A stretch of DNA of 64,000 nucleotides from assembly GCF_006345805.1 (NCBI RefSeq), contig NC_043010.1:18104001-18168000 (forward strand), written 5' to 3'. Source of the stretch: Octopus sinensis. Its lineage: Eukaryota. Position numbers and translations under genes: made by a program. The notes beneath the pieces were generated by a model. That model was not told where the DNA came from. It ran no database searches and worked only from the letters and a program-made list of their open reading frames with translations. This document shows, piece by piece, positions 50,759 to 64,000 of this stretch. Numbering within the stretch: position 1 is the first letter of the stretch; every line of letters starts with the position of its first letter.

Positions 50759-52906
50759 GTGAGAGACGACCAAACCATTCTGGAGCCATTTTGTAAAGGG
50801 AAGGAGCAGAAAGCGAAGAGTGTGGTATATTCGCTGTGTCTGTCTAGGATTGAGTTCTTCCCTTACACCTAACTCGACCGTTCACCCACACACTTGCTAT
50901 TATTATTACAACATTGTCTGACTGCATTCTTATCCCTCGCACGTAGATTGTCAACAAGTGTTTCTCTATTTAATTACCTCTGCTGCTGCTACTAACCCTA
51001 TTTAATGGATCCCACATCTCTTCTCTCTTCTCTCTCCTCGCTTCATCATACGGCTTCATCGTCGTTGTCATGGTTTTAACGTATGAAGATGTTGACGATG
51101 ATGACGAGAGGAGATGAGAGAAAAATAAGGGATCATAGAAAATAGTAATAATAGCCATAAGTAGTGATTAAATAATGGAACACTTGTTGATTAATATAAT
51201 ATAACACACACACACACACACGCATATATTTTAATCGGCAGAAGTTATAGAGTGCCTCAAGGGCCGGGGAGGGGGCACTCCATTAGTTATGATAACTAGG
51301 GTTCCAGTTGACCCTATCGACAGAACAGCCTGCTGGGGAAATTAACGTGCAAGTGGCTGAGTACTCCACAGACACACGTAGCCTTAACGTAGATCTCAGG
51401 CAGATTTAGCATGACACAGAGTGTGACAAGGACGGCCCTTTGAAATACAGGCACATCTCATTTTTGCCAGCTGCATGGACTGATGCTCTGTAAAATAAAA
51501 TGTCTTGTTGAAGGGCACAGTGTATTGTCAGGAATCGAACTTGGGACCTTACAATTGTGAGCTTACCACTAAGCTACACGACTTTACGGCTGGATGGGGT
51601 GGGGGGTGTAGAGAAAAGAGAGAAGTGACATGGTTGGGTAGTCTTCAGGAGCTGGGAGGTAGGCATTGTGCATGTTTGGGGATAATTTGATTCATTGCAA
51701 AGGTGGAGTGGAGGAATAAATCATTGTAACAGGCGGTGAGGGGGAGCACAATATAGTATTCTATGTGTGTGTGTGCGTGTACATATATACTGGTATGACT
51801 TTAAAACGGTATCTGGTATTTGGGGCCTCTGTGTGGCAGTTCCAGGGTTTTGAGGCGTGTGGAACTACTTCTTAACCATTCTTATTTCCAAGTCTACTCT
51901 GACCTGAAGTAGTAGCACCTGCCATAAGTTAATTTGCATGTAAATAAAACAATTTTGAGTGACGGGCCCCAAGTGACAGAGTGTGACAAGGACGGATCTT
52001 TGAAATACAGGCACATCTCATTTTTGCCAGCTGCATGGACTGATGCTCTGTAAAATAAAATGTCTTGTTGAAGGACACAATTTATTGTCAGGAATTGAAC
52101 TTGGGACCTTACAATTGTCTAGTTGAATATAAAACTTGCAGTTTCGTGTGATTAATAGTCATCTCACTTTGGCTTTGCACTTAATACTAATCACAGACAC
52201 TCAGAGAGTGGTACTTGTGTTGTACAGGTAGTTATCACTATAATCCAAAGATGGACAGATGTTTCTTTATGGTGACCTTATCTATTTGCTTGTCATTCCG
52301 TCAAATGGAAGTCCTGTGGCGATGGAAGAGTGGCAACATATGCAGACTTAATCGGTTGTAAATGTACTGTTACAATGCACCAGGACTGAGTAGTCATATG
52401 AGAGGTCATGGATGGAAGTTGGAAGTGCCATTAACAAGGAAACACAAGGAGATGGTAGTCATCTATGAGGATGGTGCAATCATCATCATCATTATCATCG
52501 TTTAACATCTGTTTTCCATTCTGGCATGGGTTGGATGGTTTGACTGAGGTCTTGTAAAGCCAGCAGCTGCACCAGGCTCCAATCTGATCTGGCAATGTTT
52601 ATACAGCTGGATGCCCTTCCTAATGCCAACCACTTCGAGAGTGTAGTGGGTGCTTTTTATGTGCCACTGGCACATGGGCCAGTCAAGGGGTACTGGCATT
52701 GGCTATGTTCAGATGGTGCTTTTTACATGCCACCAGCATGGGAGCCAGTTAGGGGACACTGGCCAGAGCTACGATGTTGGTTTCTGCTGGGTTTTCATTG
52801 GCTTTTTTGTATCCTAAAAGGTAAATGTTTTCTACTTTCCCTGTTCCTTTATTCATGTAGTTTTAATAGTGTGTGTGTGTGTGTTGTAGCAGAAAGATTC
52901 ATAAAT

Positions 52907-53300
52907 AGGTGCGTGGCTGTGTGGTAAGAAGTTTGCTTCCCAACCACATGGTTCTAGGTTCAGTCTCACTGCATGCCACCTTGGGCAGGTGTCTTCTATA
53001 TCCTCAGGCCAACAAAAGCCTCATGGATGGCTTTGGTAGACGGAAACTGAACGAAGTTTATTGTACACACGTGTATCTGTGTGTGTGTGTGTGTGTGTGT
53101 CCCTCTCCACCATTTGACAACAGGTGTTGGTGAGTTTCTGTCTCCGTGACTTAGCAGTTTAGCAAAAGAGACCAATAGAATAAGTAACAAGCTTTTTGAA
53201 AAAAAAATAAATAGGTCCTGGGGTTGATTTGTTAGACTAAAAGTCTTCAAAGCTGTGCCCCAGCAAGGCCAGTCTAATAGCTGAAACAAGTAAAAGAAAA
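52907..53300 (+). mobile_element. CORE-like tRNA SINE with (TG)n middle and 3' module
   Basis: ggtgcgtggctgtgtggtaagaag..ggttcagtctcactgcatgccaccttgggcaggtgtctt..ctgaaacaagtaaaagaa. Confidence 0.8.
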
Positions 53301-53337
53301 GATTCACAAATGGAGAGGGATTTCATGTTTGGCTTTT

Positions 53338-53347
53338 GAACTCAGTA

Positions 53348-53392
<45 letters not shown>

Positions 53393-53828
53393 CACCACCG
53401 CTGCTGCTGCCGGTGGTGCTGGTGTGCCTTGCAGTGCCGATGCGGGAAGAGTAGCTTTTACTTGTGTCTCTATCGCGTACATCTAATAAAAATCAGAGAG
53501 AACACTTCCAGCACTTATACACAGGAACATCGCTACGACTGCAGCTAATGCACCCCTGCAACTACAACTGCACCCACCCAACTGTCAGTGCCTCCAAACA
53601 TCATCACCATTATCATCATCATCATCATCATCAACAGTAACACTACACCACCTTGTGGATTACTATGCAAGGGAAAAAAACCAACTGTTGCTGCTGCTAG
53701 CAACTACTACTACTACCACCACCACCACCACCACCACCACCACCACCACTACTACTACCACCACTACTACCACCACCACCACCACCACCACCACTACTAC
53801 TACTACCACCACTACTACCACCACCACC

Positions 53829-53863
<35 letters not shown>

Positions 53864-53915
53864 AACTACTACCACCACCACTACCAACACCACTACCACC
53901 ACCACTACCAACACC

Positions 53916-53953
<38 letters not shown>

Positions 53954-53981
53954 AACTACTACCACCACCACTACCAACACC

Positions 53982-54025
<44 letters not shown>

Positions 54026-54075
54026 TACTACTACCACCACACTACTACTACTACTACCACCACCACCACTACTAC
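53338..54075. repeat. Compound (CTA)n/(CCA)n trinucleotide arrays
   Basis: Direct reading; gives poly-Thr, His/Tyr and poly-Val pseudo-ORFs. Confidence 0.95.
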
Positions 54076-54625
54076 TGTTTCCACTGCTGCTGTTGTAAGC
54101 GTACACTTTTAATGCAAAGCCTTCCCCTGTTGTGGTTGTTGTTGTTGCTGTAGTAATACTAGTCGTAGCAGCAGCAGGGAATTCCACTGAAAAAGAAATC
54201 AGTTCTTTGAATGTAGTATATACATCTGTGTGTGTGCGTGTGTGTGCGAATAGGTGTATGCGTCTGTGTGTGAGTGTGTGTGTGTGTGTTTATGTGTATC
54301 AGTCTCTGCTCCATCTTACTCCACCACCACCACCACCGCCGCCGCCATCATCACTATCACTTGGCCACCCTTATGTACCTTTAGAAGAATCTACCCTTGT
54401 AAACATTTGAGTCTAAGCTTTCAGGCTGAAGGATGTCTTCCCTACTTTCCACCCGTTTCTGACTCCCTAAAAATAAAAGTCTCCTGCTGCCTTTACAATC
54501 TTATTGGGGTCAGTTTTATTTCATAATTTCCGTTTCTGTTCATCGCTCCTGCGTGTGTGCGTGTGTGATTCTTCTGTAGACATCTGTTGCTTCTCTCGAA
54601 GGCATCTCCTTTCTCTTTATGGCAG

Positions 54626-54656
54626 TTTATGATGATACTGCTGCATTAGTCACTGG
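54626..54656 (+). CDS. Candidate 31-nt exon
   Basis: ctcctttctctttatggcag|TTTATG...CACTGG|gtatga; only open frame YDDTAALVT. Confidence 0.3.
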
Positions 54657-55139
54657 GTATGATGGCTTCCTCCTCTTTAACTTGATTTACTATTCAGGTT
54701 GTGATCATACAGCTTACCTCACTTGATATCATAAGCACACCTGAAACTGTTCCTGATCAACCCCTAGCTTTCTCTCTCTCCCTTTTTTATCTACCAAGCT
54801 GCTGTCAACTTGAAATTGCTGGTCCCTCTGTAGTGTCAGCATGATGTAACCCCTTTTTTTTTCTTCTTATCTCATGCAGTATCCATATTAGTTAGGCAGC
54901 CTTTCATGATAGAGTTTTTCATGCCACTTCCTTGTTCTCCACATCAAAGGCAAGTATATCTTTTTCATGTCTCCCCCAATAATTTATTTTTAACTACCCA
55001 CAAGGGGCTAAACACAGAGGGGACAAACAAGGACAGACAAACGGATTAAGTTTATTACCTCAACCTCAGTGCATAACTGGTTCTTAATTTATCGACCCTA
55101 AAAGGATGAAAGGCAAAGTCTCAGTTCTAACACACTGCC

Positions 55140-55620
55140 TTACAATCCTCAACATTCCATTCTTCTGGTCCTCATGCTGGAGGACATGTGTAAATTTTTT
55201 TCTGTCTACCTCAGCCTTAGCCAAATATTTCCATCACCTATTCCTGTTCTTCTAGTCATTTCTACTAATGCTTCCTGTAGCCACCTTCTTTCCAGCTTTT
55301 CTAAGCCTATCTCTTCATCTTCACCACCCTTTCAACTGTGTCATCATTCCACCACCACCACCATGTTACTTTGGGTTTGGTTGAGACTTTGCCCCTACCA
55401 CGTGTCTGATCTGTAACCCCAAACAGGTTATTTTGTAGAAATTCCTTGTCATCTCTGTTACAGGTATCCGGTTGTTTCTCTCTGCAGTCTTGTGAATCCC
55501 TTAGAATTTCTCTAAATCTATTCTCAACTGCAGAATTTTTTTGTTCCCTTGTCATCCACCTCCACATCAACTGCTAATCTATGGGGTGTAGTGTATTCTT
55601 CACCAGGAAAGGTTTTGATA
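55140..55620 (-). mobile_element. RTE-X-like LINE ORF2 relic
   Basis: KPKVTWWWWNDDTVERVVKMKR resembles family KVTWWWN..VDRAIxEKR. Confidence 0.75.
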
Positions 55621-56082
55621 TTTACAATTGTTCTGTTTTGTTTCCTGGTTAAAATGTAATCTGACTTGTGTGACCACCAGATTGGAAGGTGATCAGGTGG
55701 TTATACAAATGTGTGTACACACACACAGAGGAGCTTTCAGCTGTGACACTGACATAAATACACGCACACACTCAGAAACAATCCCTCACTACCCCATTAC
55801 TCACATTACTGTTTAATTTCTGCTGTATTGTTTTTTTTTAAGTGACACCCCCCACACCAACTAAATTGCTGTTGAACTTGTTGATATTACAGCTACCCAT
55901 TATCCAGTGAATGGCTAACAAGTGTGTGTGAGAGAGAGAGAGAGGGAGGGAGAAAGCATTTTCCAAATGGATTTTGTGCAGAAGCTTAATCAGATATATA
56001 TTTATAGGAAGCGAGCCTGTCTTCACTTGCTCTGTTTGTGCTTGTGTGTGTGTGTGTGTGTGTGCTTGTGTGTGTGTGTGCT

Positions 56083-56113
<31 letters not shown>

Positions 56114-56509
56114 TGCTTGTGTGTGTATGTGTGTGCTTGTGTGTGTGTTCGAGAAAGAGAGTGAGAGAGAGAGCTCAAGTATTGAACTCCTATTCATTTG
56201 CTCCATGTGACGGAGAGGCAGGTAGACCGACAGTTATATATTCTTTTATTCTTTTACTTGTTTCAGTCATTTGACTGGGGCCATGCTGGGGCACTGCCTT
56301 TAGTCAAAGAAATCGACCCCATGACTTATTCTCTGTAAGCCTAGTACTTATTCTGTCGGCCTCTTTTCCTTAACTGCTAAGTTACGGGGACATAAACACA
56401 CCAACATTGGTTGTCAAGCAATGGTGGGGGCACAAACACAAATACAAATACATACATACATACATATATATATGTGTGTGTGTGTGTGTATATACATATA
56501 TATATTTAT

Positions 56510-57030
56510 ATATATATAAAGCAAACTCTGTGTGTGTGTGTGTACAAGTTCAAAGGTTTATAACTTGAGTTCCACCTGACCGATTCGATTGAAATTTCAG
56601 ACATGCATTTGGTATATTCCGAGGCATGTTTTAGTCATAATAACTGCTTCGATCAATGTTTGGTTTTCGCAAAAACTCGATCGACAATTATCAATTTTTT
56701 CAAAAAGTCATCTGATTTTAATCAAACTTGACATACCTATGCATTCTTACCCAAGGTTTTTCATTTCATTATTATTTTTTTCAAATTCCGTTTTCCATTT
56801 GAGCACAGCACAGGAAATACCAACTCAAAAAATGCCTTTAAGGTAGGCCATAGCGCTGGAACCATTGAGCTGATTTAAACCAAACTCAGTAAACAAATGC
56901 ATTTTCACCCAACGAGTCTTATGCCATGGTTCATTTCATTAAGTTGCACTTTGTTTGAGCACAATTCGAAAAACATTCGAACAAAATGCCTTTGTTTAGG
57001 TAGCTCCTGATTTATTTTTCTCAGAACACT
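56510..57030 (+). mobile_element. Possible non-autonomous Helitron-like repeat
   Basis: Starts tatatataaagc-(tg)n-caagttcaaaggtttataact..ccgattcgattgaaatttcag, typical of HINE-like 5' ends. No diagnostic 3' end identified. Confidence 0.35.
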
Positions 57031-57177
57031 GTCCCCATTCCTTCTCCGATGCATAAACAATTAATCTCCACCATGGTGTGCACACACATTGTGACCCCAC
57101 ATGACCTCAAAATAGCCACTGCCAATCACAGTAAATGCCAGGTACTACTGCTACTATATATATATATATTATATATA

Positions 57178-57215
<38 letters not shown>

Positions 57216-57329
57216 TATATATATGTATGTATACATATATGTATACATATATGTATGTATGTATGTATGTATGCATATATATATGTATACATATATGTAT
57301 GTATACATATTTGTATACATGTATGTATG

Positions 57330-57373
<44 letters not shown>

Positions 57374-58808
57374 GTATACATATATGTATATATACACACA
57401 CACATATATATATATACACATATATGATGGGCTTTCAATCTCCGTCTACCAAATCCACCCAGAACGCTTTGGTCAACCCGAAGCTGTAGCAGAAGACACT
57501 TGCCCAAGGTGCCACATAGTGGGACTGAACCTGGAACCATGTGATTGGGAAGCAAGCTTCTTACCACACAGCTACACCTGTGCCGATGTGTATTTCTTCT
57601 TTAACCTTCATTTTTCCAATTACTGCTGTTTGCTCATATAATGCAAGGTAACCATGACTCTCCTCCATTGCAACCCACCTCTACCTGTCCCGCCATCATA
57701 CTTTAGCCTTGCAGCCCCTGGCACAAAGCCCCCTTTCTCCCCCTCCCTAATGCCTCCACCCCACCCCATTAGTCATGAGAGCTTTTCTCAGCAACCTCAC
57801 TAGTGCCAGTGGCATGAAGAAAAACCAACCCAGTACACACTGTAAGGTGGTTGACATTAGGAAGGGAATCCACCCATAGGAAACATGCCAAAGCAGAGAT
57901 TGGAGCTTGGCACAGCCCTGTGGCTGGCTGCATCCTTTCAAACTGTCCAACCCACATCACCATGAAAAATGAACATTAAATGATGATGATGATGATGATA
58001 ATGATCATGAATTTCTTGTCTCTTAGTCTTGTTATTCTGGATGGTTCTTCATTCTTGTAAACTGGAAAATGTTTGTGGATTCATAGTTTATGGAGATTGC
58101 TTACTTTGGTATTCTTTGGTTTTCTTTGCAAGTAACCTAATTAGGCTTGGACAATGCTTAAGATATTGGTGTCCAGTTTTGGAAGGTTCTCTGTCATACA
58201 TATCATCATCATCATCATCATCACATCTGTTTTCCATGCTGGCATGAATTGAACAGCTCGACCAGAGCTGGTAAGCCAGAGATCTGCACCAGGTTCCAGT
58301 GACTGTGTTGGCATGGTTCTATGGCTGGATGCCCTTCCTAGCACCAACCACTTTACAGATTGTGCTGGGTGCCTTTTACGTCACACCAGCACAAGAGCCT
58401 TGTAGGTCAATCCTCTTCAGCTGAGGTGTGTCATTAACTCTTCTGCCGTGGAGGGTGGGTCTTCTTGAGTACAGCAAGGTGCTTGATGCTTTGGTCCTTT
58501 GTCATCACCTCTGTTAGGTTTCAGTGCCCTGAGATCGTGCTTCAGTACTTCATCCCATGTATATGGGGTGGGGGGAGAGTGACCATCCAATCATTATGAT
58601 ACTGAGTGAACTTAATGCCAACATGTGTTTTATCAGTGAAATATCATCATCATCGTTTAACGTCTGCCTTCCATGGGTGTTATCTTTTATGTGCCACATG
58701 TCCTGTGAGCCCAAACTACTGCAGTCAATGTTTGATGGTGGTGGTCAATAGGGGTCATTTTCCTGTTCATCATTGACAAACAGTAAATGTATCGGTCCAT
58801 CCTTGCAG

Positions 58809-58874
58809 TGGCTTTATGGAGCTGTTCTGACCAAGAACAGAATAACCACCAGTTTCTTTGAAGGTGTGTCAATG
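58809..58874 (+). CDS. Candidate 66-nt exon
   Basis: tccatccttgcag|TGG...TCAATG|gtgagc; reads WLYGAVLTKNRITTSFFEGVSM and lies within ORF 58773-59042. Confidence 0.25.
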
Positions 58875-59548
58875 GTGAGCAGCCATTACTGGACTCTGTG
58901 TAGCCATGGCTTGCAGAAGATGCCCTTGTTTGGACAGCTGTCTTCTGCTGCATCGCTGGCAATAAGGCTTCCTTGTTTCCCAACCAAAATAGATGATGGA
59001 ATCGTTGAGTTATTTCTGATTCTCTCTGTGTATGAGTGGTGAATATTAAATCTTAAACATTCATTCTTAAATTGCCTTTTAATTAATTGGTATTACTTTT
59101 GAATTAAGACTGTCAATAATTGCAATAATAATTATGTTATGCTAATTAAAATGTTCAAGTTTAAATTTTCATTATTTAAAATTGCAACAAATTGTCTTTT
59201 TATTCGTGTATATCGAATTGTAAGTGATTAACTAAATGAAAGTGATTAACAGGTAACCATCAGTGTGCTTGTGACGACACTGTGTGTGTGTGTATATCCA
59301 TATTGTATGCAAATGTGTTTTATACAGTACTTAAAACATACAATATGCTATTTAAGTTTCATGGTTAGGTTGTGGTTTAAAATCTGGAAAAGAACAAAAA
59401 AAGGAAAAAAGTACTGGGAAAAAGCCAGCTGAAAAAATGAAATCTAAAGCTGACCGGTTGATCATGACAGAATTTGAACTTAGAAGACAAAGCATCAGAA
59501 GAAATGTTCACGAGGCATTTTCTCTGATGTTCTAACAATTCTGCCAGC

Positions 59549-59579
<31 letters not shown>

Positions 59580-62255
59580 CATCATTATCATCATCATCAT
59601 CGTTTAACATCCGTTTTCCATGCTAGCATGGGTTGGATGGTTCGACCGGGGTCTGAGAAGCCAGGAGGCTGCACCAGGCTCCAGTCTGATCTGGCAGTGT
59701 TTCTACAACTGGATGCCCTTCCTAACGCCAACCACTCCATGAGTGTAGTGGGTGCTTTTTACATGCCACTGGCACAGGTGCCAGGCGAAGCTGGCAACGG
59801 CCACGATCGGGTGATGCTTTTTACATGCCACCGGCATGGAGGCCAGTCGAGGTGGCGCTGGCAACGGCCATGTTCGGATGGTGCTTTTTACGTGCCACTG
59901 GCACTGGTATCACAACTACAATTGCCATTGATTTTTGATCGATTTCGATTTCACTTGCCTCAACAGGTCTTCGCAAGCAGAGTTTTGTGTCCCAAGAAGG
60001 AAAAGTATGCATAAGTGGACTGGCTACATCCCAGGTAAAGGCCACGGGTTATGGTCTCACTTGTCCTAATTTTGAGCAATTAGTATGATTTAGAAGAAAC
60101 TTGGCTGCTATTTATATCGAATCAAATGAGCATCTAGAGTGTTGAAGTTGTTTAGTTCCTTGTCGTTACAGATCCAATTGATCTCTGATCAATGATGTTC
60201 CAATCATAATAGCCCCACCATTCTTTTGAGACACAGCTTATGGAGCACTGCAATAGCCAATGTGTCCTTCCTTCTTAAAGACATTAGGGGGATTTTGTTG
60301 CTATCATTGCAGCTTGGAAGGTCTAAGGTTCTCACTTTCCTCCCCCTTTGACACACAGACAGAAGTTTATTTCATAGAATAGTAAGGTGTTTGTTTCTGT
60401 TAGTACACTTGATGTTCTGTCTTTTCATTTGACTCACATAGAACTTCTTGATGATGATGATGATAATGATGGATGTGGCACTAATGATGCTGGTGATGAT
60501 GATGGTTGTAGATTGGTAGTAATGATGGTGTTGGTAGTGGTGTCAGCAGTGGTAGCGTGATGTTGTGATTGTGGTGATGGTTACGGTAATGATTATATTA
60601 TTTTGTTGGTGATGATGATGATGATGATAGTTGTATCGTTGGTGGTGGCAGCAATGATTGATGCTGATGGTGGAGACAGTAACCATAGTTACAGATGAAA
60701 CAAAGTTACACATTGTTCAGTGTTATTGAAGAATCCTAGATATTCTGGCAATGCTCTGATATTTACATCGCATACTTCATGCACACACACACACCCTTGC
60801 TTTATCTCTCTTCCTTTCCCTCTTTCCTCCTCTCTCTCTATTTCTTTGACTCCAAGCCACACCAGACTCCTTAGTTTTTGTGTTGTAAAAATCTCTCGTT
60901 TTAGAAATATTTAAATCAAAATTTTAATCTTTTATGTTAGAAACAGTTTTATGTTCTTCTTCATCATCATCATCGTTTAACGTATGTTTTCCGAGCTGGC
61001 ATGGGTTGGACTGTTTTACTAAATCTATCGAAATTCTTGAGGATTTCCAAATTAACTGAAACGTGTGTGTGTGTGTGTATCTCAATATCTATATCACAGA
61101 GTATGTATTTCTGTAATAGCATCGTATGTATGTGTGTATATTCCAGAACATCTTTTTATCAAATTTTGCCTCTGTGTGTGTGTGTGTGTAACCACTTCTC
61201 ACCGATAGCGCCAGATCATGTGACCTTCTCCTATGATAACAGGTGATTGACAAGATCCCACATGTCCCTAATATTCAGACAAAGAATGTCAACTGGTTTC
61301 CTTCCTCTCGATGCATCTTGCACAGGCCTCGCTTATGGCATTCAAATACTTGAAGCATTTCTCTCAAACAGCCAATTTCTTCCGCCACCGCCACCACCAC
61401 ATCCTTGATCACAAGATCCCATGTGAGCGACCAGAATATCAAATGTTTGTTATACATTGCTGGTCACAATGCACTTGTTGTAGTTGATGAGGATGAGGAT
61501 TACCTCCTGCTCCTCCTCTTCCTCCTTTCAACTATAGGTACAAGGCCTGAAATTTTGTGGCTGGGTGGGTGGGTGGGTGGGTGGGGGTCAGTCGATTACA
61601 TCAACACCGCCACCCCTCAGCAGTGCTCAACTGTTACTTGTTTCGTTGACCAAGAAAGGATGAGAAGTAAAATTGACCTCAGCAGCATTTGAACTCAAAG
61701 TGTAAGCACAGATGAAATGCAGCTAAGCGTTTTGTCCAGTTTGCTAATGATTCTGGCCGCCCTTTCACCCTCGCCACCCACTGCCTGATGAATGACCAAC
61801 GATCTGTATTTGCCACCATCACTACTGAGATATGTAGCCAATCGTTAGCACGCCAGGTGAAATGCTTAGCAGTATTTCGTCTGCCGCTACGTTCTGAGTT
61901 CAAATTCCACCGAGGTCGACTTTGCCTTTCATCCTTTCGGGGTTGATTAAATAAGTACCAGTCACGTGTTGGGGTTGCTGTAATTGACTTAATCCGTTTG
62001 TCTGTCCTTGTTTGTCCCCTCTATGTTTAGCCCCTTGTGGGTAATAGAGAAATAGGTATTTTGTCTGCTGCTACATTCTGAGTTCAAATTCCGCTGAGGT
62101 TGACTTTGTCTTTCATCCTTTTGGGATCAATTAAATAAGTACCAGTTACGCACTGGGGTTGATGTAATCAACTTAGTCCCTTTGTCTGTCCTTGTATGTC
62201 CCCTCTAGGTTTAGCCCCTTGTGGGCAATAAAGAATGAAATATTTCTGATTCCAT

Positions 62256-62310
<55 letters not shown>

Positions 62311-64000
62311 GCTGCTGCTACTACTACAAGCAAACAAGAGAACCTCAATGTAGTTATTTCAGCCACTAGAAATAACAGTTGCTTCTCCTTCATATCTCAT
62401 TACTGTGCTAATAAAGGGACACATTGGACAGTGCAAAGGGATAAATAAAAGACAAGATGGTCACGGTTGGAACACCTTCAGAACAGCATGTAGTACATTG
62501 CTATACTGAAATATTACAGTGTATGTTGTAGTGTAGCACCTCATTATACTATATCACTGACACTCCACCATGGGCACTCTGTTCTCTCAGAAAGACACGA
62601 ATGTTTTCCTGGGTAATCTGTATATTAAGGTGGCCAGCAGTGGAAATATTTGATCTCAGACCCAGGTCAGTCCTGACTGACCTCAGGTCTAAATAATAAC
62701 ATTTGCACTGCATAACCTTCAAATTATGGCTACATGTCTCTGAGTATGTATGTGTGTATGTGTACATGTGTAATACAGACACACACACACACATTATGAA
62801 CCTGTTTCCACGACCACCACCACCACCACCCTATCATTCCACTATCATTATGAACACCCTACTTCCACCCCACCACTAGCTCCTGACCATGTTTCCTCTC
62901 ACTGACCACACTGTTTATTTTTGGCCTCTGAATGGATAGACTAATATGCTCTCTGACCTTGTGTGTGTGTGTGTGTGTGTGTGTGTGTCTTATACAATTA
63001 ATTGATTGGTTCCTGCTGTCTTGTCTCTCTCTCTCTCCCTCACTCTTACCTTCACCACCCCTACCAGTGTCACCCACCTGCCTCAGATATCCCTTTACTT
63101 TGCACTCAGTGTACACATACCTCTACTTCCCCACCAACGCAACCATGGCCATATTCAGGCCGTCTATCTGGTCAAATGGTCAGTTGTTAGAAATCCACAA
63201 ATAGACACTGAAACTTACTCTGTCCTAAGCTTCCTCCACTGTCCCAAGAAGAAAAGAAGTTGTGATGGGGCTCAGAGTTATGGCGATGAAGGAGATAGAG
63301 ATGGAACCAAAGCTGTGAGTCCCAATTCAATTGCTAGCGTTCTCTCTGGGGTACATGAACATTAATTCTATAGTTTATATTTTTAGCTAATGGGGGGGGG
63401 GGTGCAGTGGTGCCTGTTGTGATTGGTATCTCCATCAAGGGGAGGGGTTCTCTCTCTACTAAATGCAGCAGATTCTTGTGAGGTGGCATAGAATAACAGT
63501 TGGTTTGGGAGCTTTGAGCTGAGACACTGACATAAATACACACTTGTACCCCCATCTAACACACACATACACGTCTGTATGATGGGAATTTCTCATTACC
63601 TTCAAATAAGATGTGTGTCATGAAGAGATCTCTGTACATGATGCAAATCTAAATCTAAGCTAGAACATATCATTCCATGGTGGTTGGCTCCTCGTCTGAG
63701 GTGTCACATTCTGTGGCACCTCCAGCAGCAACTTGGTGTGTTGTTCAGCCAGCAGCCGAAGCTCTGCTGTTCATCAGGCTGAGAAGGGCAAAATATCTGT
63801 TTTTTTATTACCCACAAGGGGCTAAACATAGAGGGGATAAACAAGGACAGACAAATGGATTAAGTTGATTACAGCAACCCCAGTGCGTAACTGGTACTTA
63901 TTTAATCAACCCTGAAAGGATGAAAGGCAAAGTCGACCTCGGTGGAATTTGAACTCAGAACGTAGCGGCAGACGAAATACTGCTAAGCATTTCGCCATGC

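Larger units (their letters stand above)
48200..51150. promoter_or_regulatory. CpG-enriched, TE-poor region; possible promoter or 5' exon zone
   Basis: Unique sequence with retained CpGs and several splice-site pairs (49058-49102, 49586-49710, 50708-50758). Inference only. Confidence 0.3.

Noticed and set aside
53588-54187. His/Tyr-rich 174 aa ORF (superficially like cephalopod His-rich beak proteins), poly-Thr and poly-Val ORFs
   Set aside because: All arise from (CTA/CCA)n. There is no signal peptide, Gly-His motif or unique domain, and several frames are open at once.

Overview
AT-rich, microsatellite-dense animal DNA. The SINE and LINE families and repeat style look like an Octopus genome (coleoid cephalopod); this is my recognition, not a database result. 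I found no intact multi-hundred-codon gene, rRNA, true tRNA or CRISPR array. Most ORF-track entries are simple-repeat artefacts or decayed retrotransposon frames. The window is dominated by TE relics: RTE and RTE-X-like LINEs, CR1, R4/Dong-like and HERO-like RLE elements, a Penelope-like terminal repeat, an internally deleted mariner, a hAT transposase relic, young hAT and piggyBac MITEs with intact TSDs, Helitron-like pieces and at least three tRNA-derived SINE families. There is also a ~3 kb GA-rich tract and many microsatellites. Unique stretches carry several short segments with canonical splice signals, mostly on +, including a clean 24-nt microexon candidate. They suggest large-intron gene(s), but I cannot identify the protein and these calls are low confidence. 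Best leads: an HDV-like ribozyme fold at the 5' end of two RTE copies, a hammerhead-like motif in the Penelope-like repeat, a microexon flanked by complementary GA/CT tracts, and several hairpins or inverted repeats that could be ADAR substrates. TE boundaries are approximate unless TIRs/TSDs are quoted.
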